A stretch of 64,000 nt of DNA from Octopus sinensis (GCF_006345805.1 NC_043000.1:132928001-132992000), one strand, 5' to 3'. Positions 1 through 12,600 are shown, counted from the first letter of the stretch. Numbers and translations are program-made. The notes: generated from the letters alone by a model not told the origin.

Positions 1-195
1 ACAAGTGTATCTTTTCAGAATGCATAGATTCCATCTTGGAGACAAGTACAACATCCTATTATAGCCTTTTGGAAATTTGAAGAAAAGATCAAAATTGTTG
101 AACTCTCATACATATTTACATCAATATTTATTGAGATATTTCCAAATACAAACCGGCTAAAGTAATGTTTTTCCTACATAATGGATTCACCATAC

Positions 196-287
196 CCTTA
201 AAGATGATCATATATTCAGCTATTTATCAACAGTAAAACTGTATCAAAGTAGCAACCTTCATTGCTTTTGTGTTTCACATAAAAAGT
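196..287 (-). other. candidate exon (5' UTR plus possible start MIIFK) of an unidentified minus-strand gene
   Basis: Acceptor tttagtgtttcag| and donor AGG|gtatgg on the minus strand. All three frames contain a stop; a late ATG gives M-I-I-F-K. No homology recognised. Confidence 0.22.
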
Positions 288-704
288 CTGAAACACTAAA
301 GGCATAAAATATATGTTTGCATGTGAGTAGCTGGATATGTCACAGGTTTTTATATGAGGCAATAAAAAAAGACGAACAGGTGATATATTTTCTTGTTTTA
401 TTGTTTTTTAGCAACTCTTCTTCAACAGTTCTCCAAAACTTTGCTTAAGAACTTAAGAGATCAACAACAAATAAATTTACAAATGTTCAAAAAGGCCACC
501 TAGAAAATCTTTTTATCTGGGATCCCACATAAGTCTGTGTAATGGTAACAAACTCAAATAAGGGCAGTAATATCAAACGCCCTCATTCTCCAAAAACAGG
601 ATTGTGGAAATAAATTATTGGAAGTAATTTTAATAGCAGTACCTCAGCACGGTTACAACTGACATGCTTGATTAAGTAAAATAATATATATATATAGATA
701 TATA

Positions 705-1085
705 GGAGACGCAATGGCCCAGTGGTTAGGGTAGCGGACTCACGGTTGTAGGATTGCGGTTTCGATTCCCAGACCTGGCGTTGCGAGTGTTAATTGAGCG
801 AAAACACCTAAAGCTCCACGAGGCTCCGGCAGGGGGTGGTGGCAAACCCTGCTGTACTCTTTCATCACAACTTTCTCTCACTCTTTCTTTCTGTTTCTGC
901 TGTAGCAGTATTTCAAAGGGCCAGCCCTGTCACACTGTGTCATGCCGAATCTCCCTGAGAAATACATTAAGGGTACACATGTCTGTGGAGTGCTCAGCCA
1001 CTTGCACGCTAATTTCACGAGCAGGCTGTTCCGTTGATCAGATCAACTGGAACTCTCATTGTCGCAACCGACAGAGTGCCACCAA
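705..1085 (+). mobile_element. tRNA-derived SINE, family A
   Basis: A-box-like TGGCCCAGTGG and B-box-like GGTTTCGATTCC. The body is shared with copies at 54856-55243, 58874-59172 and 63418-63725. Confidence 0.85.
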
Positions 1086-1710
1086 TATATATATATATAT
1101 GATAATGACGGTATGTATATATATATACACACACACACTCTTTATTCTTTTATTTGTTTCAGTCATTTGACAAGGCTACTGTCTATAAGAAATGGTTGAC
1201 AGTTTTCTTCTTGTCTTAAAATTTATTCCTTCTGTCGACAACTGAACAAATTTCTTTAAAGTCTGTGTAAAGAAATTTCATTAATGCTGCACAATTACAG
1301 TGACACGAAAAAAACTGAAGTGAATACATTAAAATTTAATTATAAACTAGGACTCGTTTTAATTGCTTTGAATTATCTTAGTATTAGGTCATATAGACAA
1401 CATAGCACCAGAAAACTATAATGAAATAAAATACTGATAAATGTAATGGAGTGGCATCAGCACTGGGGTCGATGTAATCGACTTAATCCCTTTGTCTGTC
1501 CTTGTTTGTTCCCTCTATGTTTAGCCCCTTGAGGGCAAAAGAAATAAGTTTAATGATCAAAGAATTGACAATATTTGTTTTGCTCCTAATAGTGTTCTGA
1601 GCCCCAAGTAAAAGAGTCTAGCTTTCAATGGCACAATCTACCTCAATATTTGTATCATAAGCGATAAGATTAGGCATCTGTTTAATTTTTCTTTTCCTTT
1701 ACTTACACAG

Positions 1711-1808
1711 CTAAACTGAAATATTTTCAAGGGATCCAGAGAAATCAAGACAAAACCAATTTATTCCATTCCAATCTAAGCTGCATGAAGCATAGCACAG
1801 AACAACAG
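1711..1808 (+). other. candidate coding exon, unidentified
   Basis: Strong polypyrimidine acceptor and CAG|gtaatg donor. One open frame, KLKYFQGIQRNQDKTNLFHSNLSCMKHSTEQQ. No homology recognised. Confidence 0.2.
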
Positions 1809-3356
1809 GTAATGTTGAATATTAAAAGACATCGCTAGAATGGTATCTAACAGCTACAAATAGCAACTTTATGATAATGATTAAATATATTCACAGCATG
1901 GCTGTGGGGTTGAGAAGTTTGCTTTGGAATCATGTGGTTAGGGTTTTGGTTCCATTGTGTGAACACTGACAACTGGTGTCTTCTATTGTAACTGTTGGTT
2001 GACCTTGTGAGTGAAACTGGTAGATGAAAACTATCAGTGCATGTGTGTGTATGTGCATGCATGACTGAGTGTGTATTCCTTTGATCTTTACACGTATACT
2101 GGTTATAAACAAAAGTTTCACTGTTCATTTAAAAAGGTGTCACTTGTTGGCTGTGCACATTGAAACCATATCCAGGTTTCTTGACAGGTACATGCTGAAT
2201 GTAAAACAAAACCTTCATTGTTCATTACAAATGGTGTCGTTTGTTAGTAATCCTGAGCTAAATTCTGTTTGGGCTGTTTCGGGATTATTTCCTTGCCAGG
2301 AAACAAATGAAGGTTAGCATTCAGGAAGGGCATCTAGCAATAGAAAAATTTGCCACGGTGAAGTTTCATTTGGCCTATACAAACATGGAAAGCAGATGTT
2401 AAAGTGATGACGGTGGTAGTGGTGGCAGAGGTCATAGGGTCCAATAGGGTCCAATACAGTTTCTGACTATTAATTTCACTCATGAGGCATTTGTCAGCAC
2501 CCAACAAGAAGACACTTATTCAAAGTGCCATGAGATGGGATAAAACCTAAGACCAAATAGTCACAAAAGTGAATTCCACTCCCATACAACCACGTCTACA
2601 CCTATATATGTTATGATATAGATTATAAATATATACATAATATATAAATGATTGTGAATACTTAGTCATTTCTCAGTGAACAATGTACCATTCAACAAAA
2701 TCTAGTCATTAGTGACTTCAGAGGAAGAGCTAGATTCAGCTACACATGACAATTTGGATAAGAAAGATATGGAAATGGCAAGATCCTTCTACAAGACATA
2801 GGTTCAGAAATGGTTAGATAATGGCATATACAGACAAGGAAGAGACAGGTACCTATAATATAGAAGATAAATGTGAATCACAGACAAGGTCAGTGGCTGG
2901 AGCAAGGCATTAGTCAGAAAATGACAAGGTGGTGGAATGGTACAATAGGTAGTCATAATAACAATGAAACAAGCCTGGAAAGGCCGGAAGAAAAGTGGAA
3001 GCAAGAAAGAACATCAGCTAGCTAGAAGAGAAGGTAGGCATCAAGTTTATATAGTTTAGAGAAAAGCTGCAAGTAAGAGGTTTAGTTTACCAATGTTAAG
3101 TAATAAAAGGATAAGCAGTATGAAATGTTCTGGATAGCAAAGCAATGTGTTAGTGTGAATCAAGATGTTGTTAGGGCAACAATGAGTTTGGGAAGATGCA
3201 AATGCATTCACCTGCACTGAGGCAGAGAAGGAAGAAGCATGGAGATACACCTAAGGGAATTCTGCTGAATGTGGAAAATGTATGGGAGAAAGAGAGAGAC
3301 TATCTCCAGTAGACTAAAAGGATGCTCTAGCTACTGAAGGTGATAGATGTACAGTT

Positions 3357-3590
3357 TATGGCGGCGAGCTGGCAGAACCATTAGCACGCCGGGCGAAATG
3401 CGTAGCCGTATTTCATCTGCCATTACGTTCTGAGTTCAAATCTCACTGAGGTCGACTTTGCCTTTCATCCTTTCGGGGTCGATAAATTAAATACCAGTTA
3501 CGCACTGGGGTCGATGTAATCGACTTAATCCGTTTGTTTGTCCTTGTTTGTCCCCTCTGTGTTTAGCCCCTTGTGGGTAATAAAGAAACA
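3357..3590 (+). mobile_element. SINE family B, full copy
   Basis: ggcggcgagctggcagaa head, ggggtcgat internal repeats, aataaagaaa end. 15-bp TSD GATA(G/A)ATGTACAGTT at 3342-3356 and 3591-3605. Confidence 0.9.
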
Positions 3591-3751
3591 GATAAATGTA
3601 CAGTTACAATCACAATAAAAATAGGGAGGAAGAAAAAGTAGCCGGACAGTCAGAAATAGTAGCTGAAATGCTGAAAAATATCCACTGAAATAAGGCTCAC
3701 ATATTTAACCAGGCAGTTCAGGAGACAGGAAACACAATGAGTGACATAATA

Positions 3752-4366
3752 ACTAGCACTCAATTGGTTGTAATGACAAGGGTTCCAGTTGATTCGATCA
3801 ATGGAACAAACCTGTTAGTGAAATTAACATGTAAATGGCTGAGTACTCCACAAGTAAGTGTATCCCTAATGTAGTTCTCAGGGAGATTCAGCATGACACA
3901 GAGTGGGACAAGGCTGGCCCTTTGAAATACAGATACTACTCATTTTTGCCAGTTGAGCCAACTGGAGCAATGTGAAATAAAGTGTCTTGCTCAAGGAGAC
4001 ATGTTGCCAGAAATTGAACTCATCATCATCATCATTGTTTGACCGTGGTCGAGACAATGGAATTTACCATGCTATGCCAGACTTCACGGTCCATCATAGC
4101 ATTACGGACGTCCTGTTGCTGGATGCCTGTATCCCTGGAGATTACATCAGGGTAGGAGAGTGTGCGCCCTCTGGTGTTGCGAGTAGATGGCTTCCAGAGG
4201 AGAATAGTAGAAACTGCCTCGTTTTCAGCTCTACAACAATGTCCAGCAAACTGGACTCTTCTACCTTTCACAAGAGATGATACAGGTGGTAGTTTCCCAT
4301 ATATTTGAACTCATGACCTTACGATCATAAGCTGAATACCCTAACCACCAAGCCACGCGTCTTCAC
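3752..4366 (-). mobile_element. chimeric SINE (E-type tRNA head, A-type tail), interrupted by a LINE fragment
   Basis: Reverse complement starts gtgaagacgcgtggcttggtggttaggg. The tail matches the 3' half of 705-1085. Confidence 0.75.
4024..4304 (-). mobile_element. 5'-truncated RTE-like LINE 3' end
   Basis: Minus-strand frame RRVQFAGHCCR..LLWKP..RGRTLSYPDVISRDTG..AMMDREVW with a (TGA)n tail. 10-bp TSD TTGAACTCAT at 4014-4023 and 4305-4314. Confidence 0.8.
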
Positions 4367-4744
4367 AGTGATATCACCAAAGGCAAAGGTAACAATCTTG
4401 AAAGAAACAACCACAGCAATGTAAAACTAATGGATGAAATTATGAAAAGAACAGAATGAGTTTAAAAGTACAACTGATAATGAAAAGAACAAGCTTAAAC
4501 GAGATGTAGTTTGGGTTTGTGCCAGGTTGTGGGTACCATTGATGTTTTCTTTCATGTGAAACAACAAGATGAGAAGTTCTTAGCTATGAGCAAGCCACAA
4601 TAACCGGCATTCATTGATCTGCAGGCAACCATTGATAAGATTCCATACTCTGTGGATGAATGGCTTGTGAGAGTCACAAAAGCCAAAAGCAAAGTGTAGT
4701 TGGCAATAAGTGTTAACAAAGCTGAACATATATATGTTTATATG

Positions 4745-4780
<36 letters not shown>

Positions 4781-5221
4781 TAAGAGAGTGTAAGAGAAAA
4801 GAATTTTTCTTTTTGTCTCAGTAAAAGAAACTCAACACACACACACACGCACTCACACTTGTTTCATAATTACATGATTAGGAGTTTGATCCTACTGTAC
4901 AACATCTTGGAAGATTGCCCAAAGCCTCAAGCTGACTTGTGACTTATGAGTGAAATTTGGTAGACACCCATCGTGTGTGTGTGTGTGTGTGTATGTGTGT
5001 ACGTGATTGTCTGCATGTGTTTTCTCACTGATACCAAACACACTCCATGTGTTTTCTCATTGATACTAGTTCCCCACATAAACAGAAATGGCCAGCAGAT
5101 TGTAACTCATTTGTACACAAGGGTTGGCATTAGCATGGTTTATATATATACATACACATATAATGTATGTATATACGTAGTATATAGTATATATAATATT
5201 TGTATATACATGTATCTTTTA

Positions 5222-5757
5222 TCTTTTACTAGTTTCAGTCATTAGATTGTGGTGATGCTGGAGTACTGCTTTGAACAATTTTCAGTCGAACAAATCAACC
5301 CTGGTACTTTATTTTAAAGCCTGGTACTTAGTCTATTGGTTTCTTTTGATGAACCGCTAAGTTACAGAGAGTAGACAAACCAACAAATGGTTCTCAAGAG
5401 GTGGAGGGGGACAAAAACACACACATATATACAATGGGCTTCTCTCAGTTTCCGTCAACCAAACCCACTCATGAGACCTTTGGTCAGCCCAAGAGTATAG
5501 TAGATATAGTAGAAGACACCCAATGTACCACAAAGTGGGACTGAACCTGGAACCATATGGTTGGGATGCAAACTTTTTATCACAGTCACGCACACAAATA
5601 TATACTCTTTTATTTGTTTCAGTCATTTGACTGCGGCCATGCTGGAGCACCGCCTTTAGTCGAGCAAATCGACCCCAGGACTTATTCTTTGTAAACCCAG
5701 TACTTATTCTATCGGTCTCTTTTGCCGAACAGCTAAGTATATTGTAAATATACATCA
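5222..5757 (-). mobile_element. SINE family C copies (composite)
   Basis: Reverse complement of the C tail (ccagcatggccgcagtcaaatgactgaaac) and C body. Confidence 0.8.
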
Positions 5758-5786
5758 AACTCTCTCTCTCTTGGTATGTATGTTTA

Positions 5787-5851
<65 letters not shown>

Positions 5852-6121
5852 GTATATATAACTGTTGCGTGTATGTTCTCATTAAAAAAAATAAAACAAA
5901 GCACTCCACAACCAAGGCAAAGTACTCAAATGGAGAGGGGATACATTTATTTATCAAAATAATGTCTCTGACAGTAAATAAGTTGCTTTCCAACCACATG
6001 GTTTCAGGTTCAGTCCCACTGTTTAGCATCTTGCACATCAGGCCAACCAAAGCCTTGAGAGTGGATTTTGTAGACGGAAACTGAAAGAAACACGTCTCGC
6101 ACGCATGGGCACACACACACT

Positions 6122-6290
6122 GTTCAAATTTACAGAAAACAAAAGACAAAGACAGGCGAAGGAACAACAAGCAGGTGTTTGATGCTTAGGAAGAATGGAA
6201 AAGTCTTTGTCGTTTCGGGCCTATGCTCTTCAACGGAAAGGATTGAAAGGAAATAAATAAATAAATAAACGACAAAAAAGAGAGAGAGAG
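6122..6290 (-). mobile_element. Penelope-like terminal (pLTR) fragment with a decayed hammerhead-like scaffold
   Basis: Reverse complement CTTT-CCGTTGA-A-GAGC-ATAG-GCCC-GAAA-CG-AC-AAAG (6205-6240). The downstream sequence resembles 44548-44632. Confidence 0.5.
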
Positions 6291-6559
6291 AAAAGTGTAG
6301 GGAATGATTCAACATATGTATATGTGCTTGTGTCTTTGTGTCTATCCCCCAGCACTTGACAACCGGTGTTAATATGTTTACGTCCCTGTAACTTATCGGT
6401 TCGGTAAAAGAGTCCAATAGAATAAGTACTAGGCTTTTGAAAAAAAAAAAGTCTTGGAGTCGATTTGTTCAACTAAAACCCTTCCAGACGGGGTCCCAGC
6501 ATGGCCGCAGTAAAATGACTGAAACAAGTAAAAAATAAAATAAAACAAATAAATAAATA

Positions 6560-6970
6560 GGCGCAGGAGTGGCTGTGTGGTAAGTAGCTTGCTAACCAAC
6601 CACATGGTTCTGGGTTCCGTCCCACTGCGTGGCATCTTGGACAAGTGTCTTCTGCTATAGCCCCGGGCCGACCAATGCCTCGTGAGTGGATTTGGTAGAC
6701 GGAAACTGAAAGAAGCCTGTCGTATATATGTATATATATATATATGTATGTGTGTGTGTATATTTGTGTGTCTGTGTTGGTCCCCCTAGCATTGCTTGAC
6801 AACCGATGCTGGTGTGTTTACGTCCCCGTCACTTAGCGGTTCGGCAAAAAGAGACCGGTACTGGGCTTACAACGAATAAGTTCCCGGGGTCGATTTGCTC
6901 GACTAAAGGCGGTGCTCCAGCATGGCCGCAGTCAAAGTGACTGAAACAAGTAAAAGAGTAAAAGAGAGTA
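6560..6970 (+). mobile_element. SINE family C, full CpG-rich copy
   Basis: tRNA-like head ggcgcaggagtggctgtgtggtaag..gggttccgtcccac, internal (TA/TG)n and tail ..gactgaaacaagtaaaagagt. A 3' half copy lies directly upstream (~6320-6540). Confidence 0.9.
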
Positions 6971-7379
6971 AATAAAAAAATAAATAAATAAATAACGTAT
7001 GTGTAGTATACAACGATAAGTGTACACACATTACACACAGACACACACGGATACATAACACAAAGCATATTAATATACACACATATATGTATACATGAAG
7101 GTATGTATGTTTAAAAATGAATCAACCTTCCATTTATGTTCCACAGTTCTATTTTAAGATGTCTATTTATATTAGCCAATCAGCTCACCAAAGACTATCC
7201 ATGTTCTAAGAATAGCACACTGTAATCTATATTTAACGCCTGTTGTTATCTTGACATTACACTCTCCGTCTAGCGTGATTTAAGAAATATAATTTGACCA
7301 ATAAATACAAAAAAAAAAGCTTCTATTCTTTTATGATGTTCACGTATATTTAAGTATTCTAACAGAATTTTATTTATAA

Positions 7380-8100
7380 ACACTCGCACGAATATGATAA
7401 ATTATTTAAGGAAAATAAATAAATTAGTTGCCATGATAGATTTTGTCGTGTTTGTATTTGTATGTGTTTGTGTATGTCTCTGTGCTTGTATGTGTTTGTG
7501 TATGCCTCTGTGTTTGCGTGTGTATAATCATGTAAGTAGCTACTTACATAACGCATACATTACGCGCACGTGTATGTATGTATGTAGCTAGTCGTCTAAC
7601 ACGTATACATACAAGTAGGTAGGTAGCTAGTTACATAATACTGAAGTGTGTGTATGTATATACGTTCGTGTGTGTATATCTGTGAGTGTGTTTGATCGTG
7701 TGTGTGTAGGGGGTGAGTTGCGTAACGCAAACACCAGGGCAGCACGACACGCATCTTTTCCCTTTAATCAACAACTACCAACTGCTTTCATCCCCATACA
7801 CACCTTACTCTCACCTAGTATTAAATCATTAAGCCTAATCCTTCCTTCCTATAATGTAACTCTCCGCTAATTCACTTCCCACTTGTATAGATATTATTAT
7901 TTTCCAGTAGTGGTCGACAATCCAGTTGTCGACTGCGATATTCAGAGCAAACATTCAACGATATCAATATTACATGTCACTAAAAGGCCTGCACAGGCTG
8001 GAAACTAATCGCGCATCTGACCGTCATGGGGAAGTGGGGGCATTGAATAGCATTACGGATCATATTTAAGAGTCCCAGACTGTGACGACTTCACAGGTAT
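7380..8100. promoter_or_regulatory. CpG-retaining unique segment, putative (bidirectional) promoter / first exons
   Basis: About 27 CpG in 7381-8100 versus about 3 in 44641-45900. Minus-strand donor ctag|gtgaga after 7815 and plus-strand donor cacag|gtattt after 8096. No long ORF. Confidence 0.4.
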
Positions 8101-8118
8101 TTTTTCTTACATCATTTA

Positions 8119-9318
8119 TTGTAAAAAAAAAAAAAAAAGGGCAACGGGTGTAAAGAAAAAAAAAAGGTGCAGGAGGCAAATATGAAAACAAAAATTCTGG
8201 GAAAGCAACGGGGGTGTGGAGAAGCCGTCGGAAAATTCACGAGATCCGATGTTCTTCCTTCATAACTTTTAGGAAAATGGGGTTTTTTTTTTTAATGAAA
8301 TTTTATAAAAATACCTTTCAAACGGTATAGATTACGATTCTAAAGAAATTTGTGGGGAAATTTTTTTCCGAGGGGGTGTGGAGAAGACTTCGGAAAATTC
8401 ACGAGATCCGATGTTCTTCCCTCATAACTTTTAGGAAAATGTTGTTTTTTTTTTAATGAAATTTTATACAAATACTTTTCAAACGGTATAGATTACGATT
8501 ATAAAGAAATTTGTAGGGGAAATTTTTTCCGAGGGGGTGAGGAGAGGACTTCGGAAAATTCACAAGATCCGATGTTTTCCCTTCGTAACTTCGAGGAAAA
8601 TGGATATCTTTCTACTTCACACCCACGTAGGAAACGAATCCGAAAACTAAAATGCGCAGAAAGAAATGGGGAGGGGGTAGAGGACTTCGGAAAATTCACA
8701 AGATCCAAGTTTTTCCCTCAAAACTTTGAGGAAAATATAATCCTTTTGACTTCGGAAAATTCACAAGATCCAAGTTTTTCCCTCGAAACTTTGAGAAAAA
8801 TATAATCCTTTTGAAATCACAAATTAGGCTTTTCTTCAGGAATTTAGATTCTAAACATACTTCTGAAGGGTTCTGGTCCTTACTTCTACTATACATATAA
8901 CGTGTGTGTGTGTGTGTATAGTAAAAGGACCCGAATCCTTCAAAGGGATGTTTAGCATCCAAGTTCCTGAGAAAAAGCCTAATTTGTGATTTCAAAAGGA
9001 TTATATTTTCCTCAAAGTTATGAGGGAAAAACTCAGATCTTGTTAATCTTGTGAATTTTCCCAAGTCCTCTCCTCACCCCCTCAGAAAAGATTTTCCTCA
9101 CAAATTTCTTTGTAATCATAATCTATGCCATTTGAAAGGTATTTATATAAAATTTCATTAAAAAAAAACCCATCTTCCTATAAATTATGAGGGAAAAGCA
9201 TTGGATCTTGTGAATTTTCCAAAGGCCTCTCTCCACTCCCCATTACTTTCCTGGTATTTTTGTTTTCATATTTGTTTCCTACACCATTTTTCACACCCGT
9301 TGCACTATTTTTTTTCAA
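8119..9318. mobile_element. foldback-like element (long imperfect palindrome with internal tandem repeats)
   Basis: Arms are reverse complements from the termini (gcaacgggtgt / acacccgttgc) to a loop at ~8895-8915. Motif cggaaaattcac(g/a)agatcc at 8229, 8391, 8552, 8688 and 8753, inverted at ~9047 and ~9203. Confidence 0.8.
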
Positions 9319-9324
9319 TTTCCT

Positions 9325-10400
9325 AAGCCTGGTACATATTCTATCGGTCTCAACCGCTTAACTGCTAAATTATCACGGATGTAAACAACCCAACACTGGT
9401 AGTCAAGCGGTGATGGGGGTCAAATACAAAAACATACACACATATAGATATGTATACGTATATATATATATATATATGTATACGTATATATATTTAGGTG
9501 CAGGAGTGGCTGTGTAGTATGTAGCTTGCTTACCAACCACATGGTCATGGGTTCAGTCCCAGTGCAAGGAGTGGATTTGGTAGACGGAAACTGAAAGAAG
9601 CCTGTCGTATATGTATATATATATGTGTGTGTGTGTTTGTCCCCGCAACATCGCTTGATAACCAATGCTGGTGTGTTTATGTCCCCGTAGCTTAGCGGTT
9701 CTGTAAGGGAGACCTATAAAATAAGTACTAGGCTTACAAAGAATAAGCTCTGGGGCCGATTTGCTCGACTAAAGGTGGTGCTCCAGCATGGCCACAGCCA
9801 AATGACTGAAACAAGTAAACGAATAAAAGAATATATGTATATGATGGGCTTCTTTCGGATGAGTTTCTTTCTCTCTGCCAAATCCACTCACAAGGCTTTG
9901 GTCAGCCCAGGGTTATAGTATAAAAGACTTACTCAAGTAGCATGCAGTGGGACTGAACCCAGAATCATATAGTTGGTAAGCAAGCTTCTGACCACACTGC
10001 CATGCCTGGGGTTATTTGTCTTTCATCTGTTACTGGTTTCAATCATATCACTCCAGCCAGGCTGGAGCACTGCCTTGAGCATTTTAGTCAAACAAACTGA
10101 CTCCAGTACATATTTTACTTACTCTATCAGTTTCTTTTCTCAAACTGCTAAGTTATGGTGACGTAAACAAACCAACACTGGTTGCATTTGTATTTGTGGA
10201 GGGGATAAACACAAATGCAAAGACACACACACACAATGGGCTTCCACACAGTTTCCGTCAACCATATTCAAATACAAAGCATTGTTCGCTCCAAGGCTAT
10301 AAGAGAAGACACTTGCCCAAGGTGCCACGCAGTGAAACTGAAAGTGAGACCACATGGTTGCAAAGTGAGATTCTTCACCACAAAGCTACGCCTACGCAAA
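9325..10400. mobile_element. cluster of SINE-C copies in both orientations
   Basis: Plus copy ~9497-9830. Minus copies ~9325-9430, 9835-10000 and 10030-10400. Confidence 0.8.
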
Positions 10401-10614
10401 CATACATGAGAATCTACTCACTCGTAGTACATTAAGTAATCGGAATTTCTTTTTATGAAGTATCATTAACAGGTATAAAAAAAGGTGTACAGAAGAAAAT
10501 AAATCAATATATACGATAATTACTGTTTTTGACACAAAAGAACAACAATGTATAAGAAGAAATGCAATGTAAAAGAAAAATGTACTAACTTTCAATTTCA
10601 CACACACACAGAAA

Positions 10615-11270
10615 GAGAGGCACTAGCATGGTTGTGTGGTTGAGAAGCTTGTATTGCAACTGCATGGTATCTGTTTCAATCTCACTGCTTGGCACCTAGG
10701 GCAAGTCACTTTCACCGTAATCTTGGGCTAACCAATGCCTCGTGAGTGAATTTGGCAGATGGAAAACTATGTGGAAACCTACCATATGTGTATGTATGTT
10801 TGTCTCACCACAACCACCACCACCATGAGACAACTGGTGTTGGTTTGTTTACATCCCTCTAACTTGGCAGTTCAGCAAAGGACTGATAGAATAAAGTACG
10901 TCAACATCAATATCAAAATAAAAATCAAATGGAAATTGTAGTTATGATACCCATGCCGGTGGCACATAAAAAGCACCATCCGAATGTAGCTGATGCCAGT
11001 GCCGCCTGACTGGCGTCTGTGTCAGGAACACGTAAAAAGCACCAACCAATTGTGGTCATTTGCCAGCCTCCTCTGGCCCCTGTGCCGGTGGCACATAAAA
11101 AGCACCCACTACACTCACGGAGTGGTTGGTGGTAGGAAGGGCATCTAGCTGTAGAAACACTGCCAGATCAGACTGGAGCCTGGTGCAGCCTCCTGGCTTC
11201 CCAGACCCCGGTCAAACCATCCAACCCATGCTAGCATGGAAAACAGACGTTAAACAATGATGATGATGTT
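10615..11270 (+). mobile_element. decayed SINE-C followed by SINE family D
   Basis: D has tandem gtgccggtggcac..taaaaagcacc modules, ggaagggcatc..gctgtagaaac, and a catgctagcatggaaaa..(GAT)n tail typical of RTE-dependent SINEs. Confidence 0.8.
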
Positions 11271-11826
11271 ATATTGTGCTATACAACATAAATAAAAAAT
11301 TAGCTAACATAGATGTAAGTACCTTATCTTTATATACAACATTTTCTTAGATAGCAAAAGATTGGATCTCAAGCTGGATTCATAGGATTGAAACGAGTCT
11401 GCTGGCTATCTCTCTTAAGATAACCAAACAGTGCTGAATTTAGTAATCATGATTTTATCAGTTACAACATGATTCCCATGATCTTTTGATGCCAACTACA
11501 AAACACAGCAGCAATGGGCCAATATCATTTTATTCAGAAGATAGTGCCAGCAATCTTTAATTATAAACTAAAATACAGCTACATGTTCAACATGTTCAAC
11601 ACACATGACAATTACAACTTGATCTCAAGTAATGCCTTTGCTTGATTCTTCTCTGCAATTTAACAGCACAAAAGTGAATTTTCAATCCTGTTTGGGACTT
11701 GCACTCTTTTGTAAAGATGTGGCATTGATGAGTACCTTGTGCGTTAGTTGTTACAGTATTGTTTTGGTAAACCTCTGGACACACATTCTTTTTCATACTC
11801 AGCTGCAAGTAGAGATGCCATATAAT

Positions 11827-12297
11827 CTTTTCTACTCTAGGCACAAGGCCCGAAATTTTTGGGGAGGGGGCCAGTTGATTAGATTGACTCCAGTATGCAA
11901 CTGGTACTTAATTTATTGACCCTGAAAGGATGAAAGACAAAGTCGACCTTGGTAGAATTTGAGCTCAGAACACAAAGATAGGCAGAATACCTATTTTTAT
12001 TTCTTTACTACCCAAAAGGGGCTAAACACAGAGGGGACAAACAAGGACAGACACACGGATTAAGTTGATTACATCGACCCCAGTGCGTAACTGGTACTTA
12101 ATTTATCGACCCTGAAAGGATGAAAGGCAAAGTCAACCTCGGCGGAATTTGAACTCAGAACGTAATGGCAGACGAAATATGGCTACGCATTTCGCCCGGC
12201 GTGCTAAAGATTCTGCCAGCTCGCCGCCTTTTAGATAGGTGGAATATTGCTAAGCATTTCGCCCGGCATGCTAACGTTTCTGCCAGCTCGCTGTCTT
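11827..12297 (-). mobile_element. SINE-B nested inside an older B-type SINE
   Basis: Outer TSD AGAGATGCCATATAAT at 11811-11826 and 12298-12313. Inner TSD AGATAGG(CA/TG)GAATA at 11976-11989 and 12233-12246. Confidence 0.8.
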
Positions 12298-12525
12298 AGA
12301 GATGCCATATAATGCACAGTTAACAAACTTCCTTGTGTGTGCCTATTCTCTGATGACTTCCTATGCTTACCTTCCTTACATAGTCACATCCAACTTGTTA
12401 CATGTTAAATTGGGCTGTACACCAAAATATTCAGGCAAATTCACATAAAATTTCTCAAGTTATTCATACTTGATATGATTTTATTCAAATTCCCTAAACA
12501 CACATAAATACATACATACATACAT

Positions 12526-12575
<50 letters not shown>

Positions 12576-12600
12576 ACACATAAATATATATAGATATATA

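Larger units (their letters stand above)
2640..4690 (+). mobile_element. old RTE-group LINE fragment (linker to RT N-terminus), split by younger insertions
   Basis: Collinear decayed motifs RWWN..KQAWK (~2925-2975), KVAGQSEIVAEMLK (~3635-3680), KGKGNNL and MxFGFVPGCGT..FIDL (~4380-4620). Confidence 0.65.

Noticed and set aside
705-775. tRNA-like sequences here and at other SINE heads
   Set aside because: A and B boxes are present, but there is no complete cloverleaf and each continues into a repeated SINE body.
8229-8780. Regularly spaced ~19-nt repeats that look CRISPR-like
   Set aside because: The spacers are themselves homologous and mirrored in the opposite arm; the context is eukaryotic with no cas genes.
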